DNA of 64,000 bases from the NCBI GenBank assembly GCA_016779385.1, contig JADHNT010000001.1, positions 602 to 64,601 on the forward strand, in the 5' to 3' direction. Positions 42,923 through 52,699 of the stretch are shown here, piece by piece; positions within the stretch are counted from its first letter, which is position 1, and every line of letters starts with the position of its first letter. Below the pieces are notes generated by a model that saw only the letters and a program-made list of their open reading frames with translations, searched no databases and had not been told where the DNA came from. This stretch comes from Pseudomonadales bacterium (lineage in GTDB: Bacteria > Pseudomonadota > Gammaproteobacteria > Pseudomonadales > Azotimanducaceae). Both the position numbers and the translations under genes were made by a program.

Positions 42923-43320
42923 GCCGCTTCTTCGAGGAACTCGACCCAGTTGCCGTCCGGGTCAGCGACCATGGCAATGCGAATGCCCGGGCGAAGCTCC
43001 GTGACGGGAATGATCACGGAAACCTCAGCTGCCTTCAGGCTGTCCACCAAGGCGCTGAGGTTCGTCACGGTCATGGTCCAGTACCGGTAGCCCGAGCTGC
43101 CCACAATTCCCCCCGGGGGCGCATCGCTTTTCGGCGTCGCCTCAACGATTTTGATGAGGCTCGTGCCGCAGCGCAGCCGCGTCATGGTGCCGATGTTGGG
43201 CATGGGCATCTGCCCCTCATCCGTGAAACCCAGAAGGTCCCGATAAAACGCCACCATGGGCCCCGCATCCCGGGTCACAATGCCTAGATCGATGCTGTCC
43301 TTTTTCAGTTCCACGGCCAT
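42919..43320 (-). CDS. VOC (glyoxalase/bleomycin resistance/dioxygenase) family protein
   Basis: 133 aa with FYRDLLGF near the start and DPDGNWVEF near the end. Its stop overlaps the dUTPase ATG (ATGA). Confidence 0.7.
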   Translation of the reverse strand: MAVELKKDSIDLGIVTRDAGPMVAFYRDLLGFTDEGQMPMPNIGTMTRLRCGTSLIKIVEATPKSDAPPGGIVGSSGYRYWTMTVTNLSALVDSLKAAEVSVIIPVTELRPGIRIAMVADPDGNWVEFLEEAA

Positions 43321-43350
43321 GGGCCTTCCCTCCCTCGTTTCAATGACAAG

Positions 43351-44538
43351 CTAAATCACCCCGTCGCGGCGCAGTGCATCCCGCGCCTCAGCGTCGTAGC
43401 CGTGGGCTTCGAGCACCGCCTCCGTGTGGGCCCCGAGGGCCGGTCCGGGCCAACGAATGTGCCCTGGAGTCTCGGAGAGCCGGGGAAAGACGTTCTGCAT
43501 TTTGAGCCCAGGATAAGTGGGGTCGGGCACGGGAACAATGGATTCCCGAGCCTGGTATTGGGGATCGGCGAGCATGTCTGGCACCCGGTAGATTCGTCCC
43601 GCGGGCACGCCGTGGTCCTCGCAAAGCGCCAGAAGCGCATCTACGGTGAGACCGCTGGTCCACTCGGCGATGCGCAGATCCAGTTCCTCCTGATGCTCGC
43701 CCCGGGCGGTGTGACTGGCGTAGCGCGCATCCGTGGCAAGCTCCGGCGTACCCATGGCTTCCGCGAGGCGGGCAAAGACCGAATCCTGGTTGGCGCCAAT
43801 CAGCACCATCTCGCCGCTGGCCGTGGGATAGACATTCGAGGGGGCGATCTTCGGCAGGATGGCGCCGGTGCGCTCCCGGATAACCCCCGCTTCCGTGTAT
43901 TCCGGCACCGTGCTTTCCATCATGGCCAGCACGGCCTCGTAGATCGCCGAATCCACCACTTGCCCCTGCCCCGTTTGATTCCGATGCTCAAGGGCCGTGA
44001 GCGCCCCCAGGCAAGCAAAGGTGGCCGCCAGCGCATCGCCAATCGATAGACCCACCCGGCTCGGGGGCCGGTCCGGATCCCCAGCGAGGTAGCGCATACC
44101 CCCCATGGCTTCCCCGATAGATCCATAGCCCGCGCGCTTGGCGTAGGGGCCGGTCTGCCCAAAGCCGCTGACGCGCACGATGATAAGGCGCGGGTTCATG
44201 GACCGCAGAGCTTCCGGGGTCAGTTCCCACTTCTCCAGCGTTCCCGGGCGAAAGTTCTCAATCAGGATATCGGCGTCGGCGGCGAGGGTTTTGAGCACTT
44301 CGCGACCCGCGGGCTTGCGAAGATCCAGAGTCACGGAGCGCTTGTTACGCCCAATCACGGACCACCACACGGGCTTGCCCTGCCCCCAGCTGCGCATGGG
44401 GTCGCCCACCCCCGGCGCTTCGATCTTGATGACGTCCGCGCCCATGTCCCCGAGCAGCTGGCCGCAGAAGGGCCCGGCAATGAGCTGCCCCAGCTCCAGC
44501 ACCTTCAGGTGTGAGAGGGCGCCGGGGGCCGAACTCAC
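43351..44538 (-). CDS. Family III CoA-transferase (CaiB/BaiF)
   Basis: LKVLELGQLIAGPFCGQLLGDMGADVIKIE N-terminal signature. GTG start overlaps the glnS stop (GTGA). Confidence 0.82.
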   Translation of the reverse strand: MSSAPGALSHLKVLELGQLIAGPFCGQLLGDMGADVIKIEAPGVGDPMRSWGQGKPVWWSVIGRNKRSVTLDLRKPAGREVLKTLAADADILIENFRPGTLEKWELTPEALRSMNPRLIIVRVSGFGQTGPYAKRAGYGSIGEAMGGMRYLAGDPDRPPSRVGLSIGDALAATFACLGALTALEHRNQTGQGQVVDSAIYEAVLAMMESTVPEYTEAGVIRERTGAILPKIAPSNVYPTASGEMVLIGANQDSVFARLAEAMGTPELATDARYASHTARGEHQEELDLRIAEWTSGLTVDALLALCEDHGVPAGRIYRVPDMLADPQYQARESIVPVPDPTYPGLKMQNVFPRLSETPGHIRWPGPALGAHTEAVLEAHGYDAEARDALRRDGVI

Positions 44539-46208
44539 TTGCCCCCCCAGGTGTCGCGCAGGGTGATGGTGCGGTTAAAGCGCCGCGCCTCGTCCGTGCT
44601 GCTCTCGTCCGGGCAGAAGTACCCTAGGCGCTCAAACTGCACCACTTCCCCCGGAGCCAGGGATCCAAGGGCGGGCTCCAGCTTCGCGGAGCAGCGCTCT
44701 AGGGAGTCGGGATTGAGCACATCCCGGAAGCCTCCTTCCGTTTTAATGCCGGAAGGGTCGGGGTCCGTGAAGAGGCGATCATAGAGGCGAACTTCGGCGT
44801 CTAAGGCATGGGTGGCGCTCACCCAATGGATGACCCCCTTCACCTTCTTGTCGGCGTTGGCGCCGCCGACTCGGCTTTCCAAATCCACGGTGCAGTAGAG
44901 CTTAGTCGGCCGCCCCTCCGCATCAGCGTCGAAGCGCTCGCAGCAAATCACGTAGCCGTGGCGCAGGCGCACCTCCGCCCCTGGGGACAGGCGCTTGTAC
45001 TTCTTCGGAGGAATTTCTTCGAAGTCATCGCTTTCAATGAGCAGGTGTCGAGCAAAAGGAATACGCCGGGACGCGCCCTCCGGATCCTTCGGATGCAGCG
45101 GGGCCTCGAACCATTCTTCCCCGTCCTCCGGATAGTTCAGAAGCTCGACGGGCAGGGGCTTAAGCACGGCAAGAGCCCGGGGCGCGCGCTCCAGCGCGTC
45201 TCGAACGCAGCGCTCGAGGAGAGCCATTTCCACCGTCCCGTCGCTCTTCGTAATCCCAACGCGTTCACAGAAATCCTTCAGCGCCGCCGGCGGCACGCCG
45301 CGGCGCCGAAGCCCCGCGAGGGTCGGCATGCGCGGATCATCCCAGCCCTCCACATGTCCTTCGGTCACCAGCGCGTTCAGATGGCGCTTGGAGAGCACGG
45401 TGTATTCGAGCTCTAGGCGGCTGAATTCGATCTGCTGAGGCCGCACCTCCCAGGAAAATTGGTCGAGCACCCAATCGTAGAGAGGGCGATGATCCTCGAA
45501 CTCAAGGGTGCACAGAGAGTGGGTGATGCCCTCGAAGGCGTCGGAGAGGCAGTGCGTATAGTCGTACATAGGATAGATGCACCAGCCATCCCCGGTCCGC
45601 TGGTGCGCCATACGCCGAATCCGGTACAGCACGGGATCCCGGAGGTTCAGATTCGGAGAGCCCATGTCGATCTTCGCCCGAAGCACGTGGGATCCGTCCT
45701 CAAAGTCTCCTGCGCGCATGGCGCGAAAGAGGGCGAGGTTTTCCTCAATGCTACGGTTTCGAAAGGGGCTCTCGGACCCGGGCTCCGTGAGCGTGCCGCG
45801 CTGAGCGCGAATGGCCTCCTGATCCTGGCTGTCCACATAAGCCAGCCCCTTTTCGATCAGCGCTTCGGCGGATTCGTAGATGCGCTCGAAGTAGTCCGAG
45901 GCGTGGAGCGGGCCGGCGCCAAAGGAAAAGCCGAGCCAGGTCACGTCTCGCTCGATGGCTTCGGCGTAGTGGGACGACTCCTTCGCGGGGTTCGTATCAT
46001 CGAGGCGAAGGTTGCACCGCCCCCCGAAGACCTCGGCCATGCCGAAATTCAGGCATATGGATTTGGCATGCCCGAGGTGCAGGTAGCCATTGGGCTCCGG
46101 GGGAAAGCGCGTAACCACGGCGCCCCCGTGCTTACCCTGAGCCTGGTCCTTCCGGATGCGCTGGGCGATGAAGTGATCGGGACCGGCGCTTTCGGGACGT
46201 TCGTCCAT
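44535..46208 (-). CDS. glnS: Glutamine--tRNA ligase
   Basis: RFPPEPNGYLHLGHAKSICLNFG (HIGH region) and VLSKRHL (KMSKS equivalent); 557 aa. Confidence 0.93.
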   Translation of the reverse strand: MDERPESAGPDHFIAQRIRKDQAQGKHGGAVVTRFPPEPNGYLHLGHAKSICLNFGMAEVFGGRCNLRLDDTNPAKESSHYAEAIERDVTWLGFSFGAGPLHASDYFERIYESAEALIEKGLAYVDSQDQEAIRAQRGTLTEPGSESPFRNRSIEENLALFRAMRAGDFEDGSHVLRAKIDMGSPNLNLRDPVLYRIRRMAHQRTGDGWCIYPMYDYTHCLSDAFEGITHSLCTLEFEDHRPLYDWVLDQFSWEVRPQQIEFSRLELEYTVLSKRHLNALVTEGHVEGWDDPRMPTLAGLRRRGVPPAALKDFCERVGITKSDGTVEMALLERCVRDALERAPRALAVLKPLPVELLNYPEDGEEWFEAPLHPKDPEGASRRIPFARHLLIESDDFEEIPPKKYKRLSPGAEVRLRHGYVICCERFDADAEGRPTKLYCTVDLESRVGGANADKKVKGVIHWVSATHALDAEVRLYDRLFTDPDPSGIKTEGGFRDVLNPDSLERCSAKLEPALGSLAPGEVVQFERLGYFCPDESSTDEARRFNRTITLRDTWGGK

Positions 46209-46279
46209 GGGGGTTGCCTTCGTCTTCCTGGGAAAGCGCGCTAGTCTAATCCTTCCCTCCGGTTGGAAGAAGACAAGCC

Positions 46280-47347
46280 ATGGGAAAGGTCCCCCGCCGA
46301 GCCTTCGGCGTCTGCCTCGGGCTCCTCTTACTCGCGGGCTGCGCCGAGCCCTCGGCCCCGGAGCGGCTCCTCGCCCGGGGCGCCGAAACCCACTACGAGC
46401 TTCGCCTGGGGGGCACCTTGGCGGGACGCCTCACGGTGCGTCGCTACGCCCGGGGGGATAGTCTCACCATTACCATCGTGAGCATCGTCGATCCCCCCGG
46501 GGGCGGCCGGCTGCAAACCGAGCGTGACTACCGCTACCGCTTGGCGCCGCCCCACGAGCTCCTCCATGGTCAGCAGCGTGTCCAGCTACCCCAGGGCGCT
46601 CTCTTCCGCCAGCCTCTGCGAACCCCGGAGACCCTCGAAACCTGGCTGGCCGGGGCCGCCGGCGCCGGGACCCAGGGCGCTGTGCTGGACGACCGGGGCA
46701 TGCTCGAAACCCTGCAGCGAGGGGAGAGCTTTCTCCTTCAGCGCGTGGCCCAGGCGCCGGTGCTTCCCGAGGCGCCCGAGCCCCTCGCACCGCTCCTGCT
46801 CCCCGTAACGGCGAGCTCGGGTCCGCCCCCCCAGCCCCTGCGCCTTTCCGGCCCCGCGGCTCGGCTCTGGCCCCCCTCAGCGGCTCTGCCCCAAGCCTCC
46901 CAGCCAAGGGATGCGGTGCTCCTGCTACCCCAACCGGCGCCTGCGGTCCCCAAAGCGCTGCGGCCCCGCCTCGCCCAGGCCATGGAAAGGGTACGAGCCC
47001 AGCTGCGCTACGTACCGGGCGCCTACCTTCCTCAGCTGGAGAATTTACCGCCGAACGCCGCCGGGGACTGCTACGAATTCGCCGCCCTCCTCCAGCTGGC
47101 CCTCGATGAGGCGGGCTTTGAGAACAGCACACGGCTGGGCCTTGCGCTCAATGCGGAGGGTACGGGCTTCGGCCTTCACGCCTGGAACGTGGTGTTTTTC
47201 GAAGGGGAAAGCTACGCATTGGATGCCACCTTAAACCGCCTTCCTGCGCCCTCGACGCACCTTCCCTTTCCGGACGATCCGGCCCAGCAGCTGGATCTTC
47301 AACTGGCCCTGGCGAAAAGCCAGCTGGCCTGGGTGAACGGTTTCTAA
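46280..47347 (+). CDS. Lipoprotein with C-terminal transglutaminase-like cysteine protease core
   Basis: Lipobox LLLAGC at residues 16-21. Carries the Cys-His-Asp triad context GDCYEFA, LHAWN and ALDAT. Confidence 0.6.
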   Translation: MGKVPRRAFGVCLGLLLLAGCAEPSAPERLLARGAETHYELRLGGTLAGRLTVRRYARGDSLTITIVSIVDPPGGGRLQTERDYRYRLAPPHELLHGQQRVQLPQGALFRQPLRTPETLETWLAGAAGAGTQGAVLDDRGMLETLQRGESFLLQRVAQAPVLPEAPEPLAPLLLPVTASSGPPPQPLRLSGPAARLWPPSAALPQASQPRDAVLLLPQPAPAVPKALRPRLAQAMERVRAQLRYVPGAYLPQLENLPPNAAGDCYEFAALLQLALDEAGFENSTRLGLALNAEGTGFGLHAWNVVFFEGESYALDATLNRLPAPSTHLPFPDDPAQQLDLQLALAKSQLAWVNGF

Positions 47348-47970
47348 CGGGGGCGCTGAGCCAGGAATTCCACCACGGCGGCCGGCCCGGTGTGCAGGGG
47401 GCCCTCATCGAGGACCACATCTCGCTCCTGAGCCCGCAGCACCTCAAGGCCCCGGCAATCCCGGGCGAGAGTCCCCGGGGAGGCCAGGCGCGCAGTGCTG
47501 TTTGGCCCCATAGACGGATTAGCCGCCTGCTTAGGCGCAAAGCTTTGGATCAAGAGCGCACCGCCGGGGGCGAGACGGGCGGCTAGGGCCTGATGGGCCG
47601 CCCGCCGAACGGCGGCAGGAAGGTGGACGAAGATGACCGCGATCAAATCAAAAGGCTCGGCGAAGGGGGCAGCCTCGGGAAGCTCAGGCAATGTCCCCAG
47701 CTCATAACTTAGGGTCTTTGCTAGGGCCTCCGCTCGGGTCCGGGCGCGATCCCGCGCCGTGGGAGAAAGATCGAAGGCACAGACCTCCCAACCCAGGCGC
47801 AGGGCCGCCAGCGCATTGCGCCCTTCCCCTTCCCCGGGCAGGAGAAGACGGCCCGGGGGCCGGGCCTGAAGGGCTTCCCGGAAGAAGGCATTCGGCTTCG
47901 CCCCAAAGAGGTCTTCCCCACTTTGGTAGCGACTTTCCCAAAGGCCAGCCTCGCCGAGCGCATCGTTCAC
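47344..47970 (-). CDS. Class I SAM-dependent methyltransferase
   Basis: LLLPGEGEGRNA motif I-like segment followed by AFDLS; 208 aa; GTG start. Confidence 0.6.
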   Translation of the reverse strand: MNDALGEAGLWESRYQSGEDLFGAKPNAFFREALQARPPGRLLLPGEGEGRNALAALRLGWEVCAFDLSPTARDRARTRAEALAKTLSYELGTLPELPEAAPFAEPFDLIAVIFVHLPAAVRRAAHQALAARLAPGGALLIQSFAPKQAANPSMGPNSTARLASPGTLARDCRGLEVLRAQERDVVLDEGPLHTGPAAVVEFLAQRPR

Positions 47971-47973
47971 GAC

Positions 47974-48831
47974 CTACTCCTGGTCCCGACGCACGCGAAT
48001 GAGACTTTCCTGCGCCGTAGAGGCCACAAGCTGCCCGCTTTGATCGAAGAAACTGCCGCGATTGAACCCGCGACCACCGCGCGCGGCGGGGCTGTCCCGA
48101 TCGTGGAGCAGCCAACCGTCCACCCGCAAGGGCCGGTGAAACCACATGGCGTGATCGAGGCTGGCGCCAATGATGTGGGCCCGGGGCGTGGTTGCCATGT
48201 GGGGAACGAGGGAGGTGGACATGAGCCCCATATCGGAGACGTAGGCCAATAGGCACGCATGGATGATTGGCGGGTGATCGAGCGCACTCCGAAGCCGATA
48301 CCAGGCTGGCTTCACCGGGGCCTCCGGCGGGGGCGCCCCGAAGCCGTAAACGGCCCGGGACTCGAAGGCTCGCTCCCGCACGGCCCAGGGCATGACGTTG
48401 GGATCCTTTCCCTCAAGACGACGGGCAACCTGCACGTCATCCTCCAGGGCCTCAGGCTTGGGCCAGGCGGGCATATCGGCATGGTGCTCTAGCCCCTCCT
48501 CCTGAACCTGGAAGGAGGCCGACATGCTAAAAATCGCCTCCCCCCGCTGAATCACCCGCACCCGGCGCGTACAGAAGCTTTTGCCGTCGCGAATGGGTTC
48601 CACTTCGAGAAGCAGGGGATGCTTGGAATCCCCGGGGCGAAGAAAGTACGCATGGAGCGAGTGGGCCTCAAGTCCCTCCACGGTGAGGGCGGCGGCGCGG
48701 AGCGCCTGGGCCAGCACCTGTCCCCCAAAGATCCGGGGGCCCGCCGCCCGCTCGTTTTGCGCGCGAAACAGATAGCGTTCCACGGGCTCAAGCTCGAGAA
48801 GCGTAAGTAGCTCTTCCACCGCAGCGTGCAT
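47974..48831 (-). CDS. tesB: Acyl-CoA thioesterase II
   Basis: LLELEPVERYLFRAQN..RIFGGQVLAQAL..HSLHAYFLRPGD..PIRDGKSFCTRRV, double hotdog fold; 285 aa. Confidence 0.85.
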   Translation of the reverse strand: MHAAVEELLTLLELEPVERYLFRAQNERAAGPRIFGGQVLAQALRAAALTVEGLEAHSLHAYFLRPGDSKHPLLLEVEPIRDGKSFCTRRVRVIQRGEAIFSMSASFQVQEEGLEHHADMPAWPKPEALEDDVQVARRLEGKDPNVMPWAVRERAFESRAVYGFGAPPPEAPVKPAWYRLRSALDHPPIIHACLLAYVSDMGLMSTSLVPHMATTPRAHIIGASLDHAMWFHRPLRVDGWLLHDRDSPAARGGRGFNRGSFFDQSGQLVASTAQESLIRVRRDQE

Positions 48832-48890
48832 AGGGCCTCCGACCGTCCCAGGTGTCCGGGCGCGGATTATAGAGCCCTGGCAAGGGATGG

Positions 48891-50315
48891 CTAGCCGGCA
48901 GCGTGGGCCTTGAAGTGGGCGATGGCCCGCTCCCGGCTAGCTTTCAGATCGACCAAGGGCTTGGGATAGGCCTTCGGGCCGCCGGCGTAGCGCCAGGGTT
49001 CGTGGATCGAACGCGCATCGAGGCCCGCTAGCTCCGGCACCCAGCGCCGGAGGTAATGGCCCTCGGGATCAAAGCGCTGGCTTTGGGTCACGGGATTGAA
49101 CACCCGAAAATAGGGGGCCGCGTCCGTGCCCGTAGCGGCACTCCATTGCCAGCCGCCGTTGTTGGCAGCGAAGTCGCCGTCCACCAGCTGATCCATGAAA
49201 TGGGCTTCCCCATGGTGCCAATCGATCAGCAGATTCTTCGTGAGGAACATGGCCACCGCCATGCGCACCCGGTTGTGCATCCACCCCGTGGCCGCCAGCT
49301 CCCGCATACCCGCATCAACCAGGGGAAGGCCCGTGCGACCCTCTTTCCAGGCCGCAAGGCCCTCGGGATCCTGGCGCCAGGGAAGGTTCGCAAAGGCGGG
49401 GCGGAAGGCCTCGCCCTTCGAAACATGATCGAAGGCTGCGACCACATGGCGATAGAACTCGCGCCAAATCAGTTCAGAAAGCCAAATGCTGGGGCCGCCC
49501 GACCCCTCCAGGGCATCGGGGAAAGCCGCTAGGAGCGCGCCCAGGGCCTGCCGCGGCGATAGCACGCCCAGGGACAGGTAGGGAGAGAGGGTGCTGGTCC
49601 CCGTGACCGCGGGAAAATCACGCTGACTGTCATAGCTCAGGGCCGCCTCGGCCAAGAACTGTGCCAGGCGTCGGTGCGCTTCCCCCTCCCCCCCGGGCCA
49701 CAGCTCGGCGGGCACGGCGGCGGCCTCGGCGCCGGCAAGGGTCATCGCCTCCGCCAGGACGGGCTCTAGAGGACGAACCGGTCCCTGGGGCCGGGGCGGT
49801 GCTAGGGGCTCCGCCGAGGGCAGATCAAGCATAGCCAGCCAACGCCGCTTGAAGGGCGTGAACACCGTATAGGAGGTGCCCTGCCCCGTTTTCAGAGTAC
49901 CTGGAGCCGCAATGATGCTGTCCGCATAGCGATGGACAGCTACCCCCGCTTGGGCAAAGCCCTGGGCCACAGCGTCGTCCCGCCGCCGCTCGTTTAGGGG
50001 GTATTCGTCGTTGAAGTGGAGCGCCATCGCCCTCTGGGCCTGGGCCCAGGGCAGGAGCGTCCCGGGGGCATCGCGAAAGCGCGGCGCGTCGAGGACCGTG
50101 AAGGGAATACCCAGCGCACCCAGAGCCTCGGCAAGGGCCCGCAGGTTTCGCTCAAGAAAGGCGAGGCGGTTGGCGCCCACGCCGTGGGCCCGCCACTGGG
50201 CCTCGGCCTTGAGGAATACGGCATGCACGGGCCCCGCGGCCGCCGCTGCGGCCAGGGCCCGGTGATCCGCGACCCGGAGGTCGTTTCGAAACCAAACCAG
50301 CTGGGGGGCAGGCAT
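48891..50315 (-). CDS. phrB: Deoxyribodipyrimidine photolyase (class I CPD type)
   Basis: ORF 50405 trimmed to ATG 50315. Reads LVWFRNDLRVADHRAL, with FAD domain blocks WREFY, TGWMHNRVRM and DGDFAANNGGWQW. Confidence 0.88.
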   Translation of the reverse strand: MPAPQLVWFRNDLRVADHRALAAAAAAGPVHAVFLKAEAQWRAHGVGANRLAFLERNLRALAEALGALGIPFTVLDAPRFRDAPGTLLPWAQAQRAMALHFNDEYPLNERRRDDAVAQGFAQAGVAVHRYADSIIAAPGTLKTGQGTSYTVFTPFKRRWLAMLDLPSAEPLAPPRPQGPVRPLEPVLAEAMTLAGAEAAAVPAELWPGGEGEAHRRLAQFLAEAALSYDSQRDFPAVTGTSTLSPYLSLGVLSPRQALGALLAAFPDALEGSGGPSIWLSELIWREFYRHVVAAFDHVSKGEAFRPAFANLPWRQDPEGLAAWKEGRTGLPLVDAGMRELAATGWMHNRVRMAVAMFLTKNLLIDWHHGEAHFMDQLVDGDFAANNGGWQWSAATGTDAAPYFRVFNPVTQSQRFDPEGHYLRRWVPELAGLDARSIHEPWRYAGGPKAYPKPLVDLKASRERAIAHFKAHAAG

Positions 50316-50353
50316 GGGGTCTCCTAAGCGGTAGCGCTGGTCGGAGCTAGCGG

Positions 50354-51379
50354 CTAGGCGGAGCCGGTGAGCTCCGGCCAGAGGGCGTCGGCGCCAGCAG
50401 CGCAAAGGGCTCGACCGAGCACGGCCTGCCAGTAAGCCTCATGTCCATGTTGGTCGCGCCAGCACCAGAGGCGCCGGGTGCGATGGTGAAGCTGATGCTC
50501 GTGGGTAAAGCCCATGGCGCCGTGCACCTGGTGCGCAATCTCAGCGCCCTTGCCGGCCGCCTCCCCGGCCCGGGCCTTGGCCACGGCCCAGGCCGTCGCT
50601 TCCCGGACCGAACCAAGGGCCTCGAGCCCCGCATCGGCGGCCCGAAGGGCGGCAGCAACCTCCCCCGTGAGCACCGCCAGCTGCTGCTGCACCGCCTGGA
50701 ACTTGGCGATTTCCCGGCCGAACTGCTTCCGCTCAAGGGCATAGGCAACGCTTAAATCGAGGGCGCTTTCCAGAGCCCCGGCCATCATCACCGCGCGGCT
50801 CAGCGCCAGCAAACCCTGAAGCTTGGCCAAGGTCGGCGCCAGGGATGAAGAGAAGGTCGGTCCCTTCCCAGCGCCCCCCAGCAGGAGGGCCTCGGGCTCC
50901 CCCGCGAGGCCCTTGCGCGGCTCGCTAAAGGTTAGCTGTTCCTGGGGCAGGCACTGGAAGCTCACCGTGCCGTCCGGTCCCGCCTGAGCGACGAGCACCC
51001 AACGAGCCCAGGGGGCAAAGGGTACGGGGGCATAACCGTCCCCTTGGACCCCGGGCACGGCAAGGGTCATCGTCCCTTCTAGAACCTCCGGCAGCCCCGC
51101 CTCAGCCGCCAGGGCCCGCCCAAGCAGGGTTTCCGCAAAGGGCACGGGCACCGCATAACGCCCCGCGAGGCGTAACAGGGTGAGCCCTTCCGCCAGAGGA
51201 AGGCCCACCCCGCCCTGCCCTTCCGGTACGCAGGCGTTGAGAAGCCCCAGGGCTTCCAGCTCGGCCCAGAGCGCGTCCGGGCGCTGCCCTGCCTCCACCT
51301 GATCCACCACGGCCTTGGGGCAGGCATCCCGAAGGAGCCGCTCCGCCGATTCCAGCATCAGCTGCGTTGTTTCGTTCAT
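50354..51379 (-). CDS. Acyl-CoA dehydrogenase family protein, short (beta-like) subunit
   Basis: 341 aa. Has the ACAD C-terminal helical domain (YALERKQFGREIAKFQAVQ, HGAMGFTHEHQLHHRTRR) but ends before any YEGT-type segment. Its ATG overlaps the upstream ACAD stop (ATGA). Confidence 0.7.
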   Translation of the reverse strand: MNETTQLMLESAERLLRDACPKAVVDQVEAGQRPDALWAELEALGLLNACVPEGQGGVGLPLAEGLTLLRLAGRYAVPVPFAETLLGRALAAEAGLPEVLEGTMTLAVPGVQGDGYAPVPFAPWARWVLVAQAGPDGTVSFQCLPQEQLTFSEPRKGLAGEPEALLLGGAGKGPTFSSSLAPTLAKLQGLLALSRAVMMAGALESALDLSVAYALERKQFGREIAKFQAVQQQLAVLTGEVAAALRAADAGLEALGSVREATAWAVAKARAGEAAGKGAEIAHQVHGAMGFTHEHQLHHRTRRLWCWRDQHGHEAYWQAVLGRALCAAGADALWPELTGSA

Positions 51380-52515
51380 CGTAACCCCAAGCCTCGCGCA
51401 ATCATGCCCCGGAGAATCTCCCGCGTGCCGCCACGGATGGTGAAGGACGGCGCGTGCAAGATGGTGTCTTCGAGGGTTTGCCTAAACAGCGCCGACCCCC
51501 CGCCGGGGGCCACGAGGCGCGCGATCTCCGGCACCTCCCGTTCAAAGTTATTCCCCAGCTCCTTCACGAGGGCCGCTTCCACCACGGGGTTGCGATTGCT
51601 TTCCAGCATGCCCGCCACGGAAATGGACATATTGCGCAGAGTCATCATGTGCGCCGCCATGCGACCAAGGACGGCTGCCTGATGATCCGTGGGCTTCGGC
51701 CCCACTTCCCGGAGCAGCTCCACAAAGACTCGGAAGGCGGACAGGAACCGCTCGGGACCGCTACGCTCGTAACCGAGCTCACTGGTCACCTGTTCCCAGC
51801 CGTTCCCCGGCTCCCCCACAAGGCGATCGGCGGGGACAAAGCAGTCCTCGAAGACCACCTCGTTGAATTCTGCGTCGCCTGCCAGATTGGTGATGGGGCG
51901 AACGGTCAGGCCCGAGGAGTTGCGCAGATCCACGATGAGCTGGGAGAGGCCCGCGTGACGGCTCTCGGATTCCGTGGGGGTGCGCACAAGGGTAATCATG
52001 TAGTGATTGCGATGGGCACCGCTGCTCCAAAGCTTGGTGCCGTTGACCAACCAGCCACCCTCCACGGGCGTGGCCGTGGTGCGCACGGACGCCAAATCTG
52101 AGCCTGAATCAGGCTCACTCATGCCGATGGAAAAGAAGCATTCCCCGGCGATGATTTTCGGTAAAAAGAACTCGCGCTGCGCTTCCGTTCCGTAGCGCAG
52201 CAGCAGGGGCCCGCTTTGCCGATCGGCAATCCAGTGGGCACCGACGGGGGCACCGGCGGCCAGAAGCTCTTCCGTCATCACGTAACGCTCAAAGAAGCTA
52301 CGCCCGCCCCCGCCGTACTTTGCGGGCCAGGTCATGCCAATCCACCCCCGCTGCCCCAGGGCGCGGCTGAACTCCGGGTCGTGGCTCGCGCCAAAGTCAG
52401 AGTTACGGCGGTGCTCATTGCCGAGGGTTTCAGCCACAAACTGCCGAACTTCATTGCGGAGGGCCTCCGCCGCCGTCGGAAGGGTGACGGGATCAAAGGT
52501 CAACGCGGTTGCCAT
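51376..52515 (-). CDS. Acyl-CoA dehydrogenase family protein, long (alpha-like) subunit
   Basis: 379 aa with FFSIGMSEPDSGSD. Has a helix-G candidate base LGYERSG, and C-terminal IRGGTREIL where MCAD-type enzymes have YEGT. Confidence 0.75.
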   Translation of the reverse strand: MATALTFDPVTLPTAAEALRNEVRQFVAETLGNEHRRNSDFGASHDPEFSRALGQRGWIGMTWPAKYGGGGRSFFERYVMTEELLAAGAPVGAHWIADRQSGPLLLRYGTEAQREFFLPKIIAGECFFSIGMSEPDSGSDLASVRTTATPVEGGWLVNGTKLWSSGAHRNHYMITLVRTPTESESRHAGLSQLIVDLRNSSGLTVRPITNLAGDAEFNEVVFEDCFVPADRLVGEPGNGWEQVTSELGYERSGPERFLSAFRVFVELLREVGPKPTDHQAAVLGRMAAHMMTLRNMSISVAGMLESNRNPVVEAALVKELGNNFEREVPEIARLVAPGGGSALFRQTLEDTILHAPSFTIRGGTREILRGMIARGLGLR

Positions 52516-52699
52516 GGCAATCTCCCAGAGCGCCCCTGAAGACCAGGCGCCCCCTCAAGTTTTTTGCCCGTTGAAACGTGCGCAGGACGATAGCGACGGC
52601 CCCGCGCCATTGCAAACGCTCGGGCGGCCCCCTTTTCTCGGGACACCTTTTACCAGAGAGGGCTGACCCGTATGCTCCCCCTTGCTAAGGGAGAGCCCT

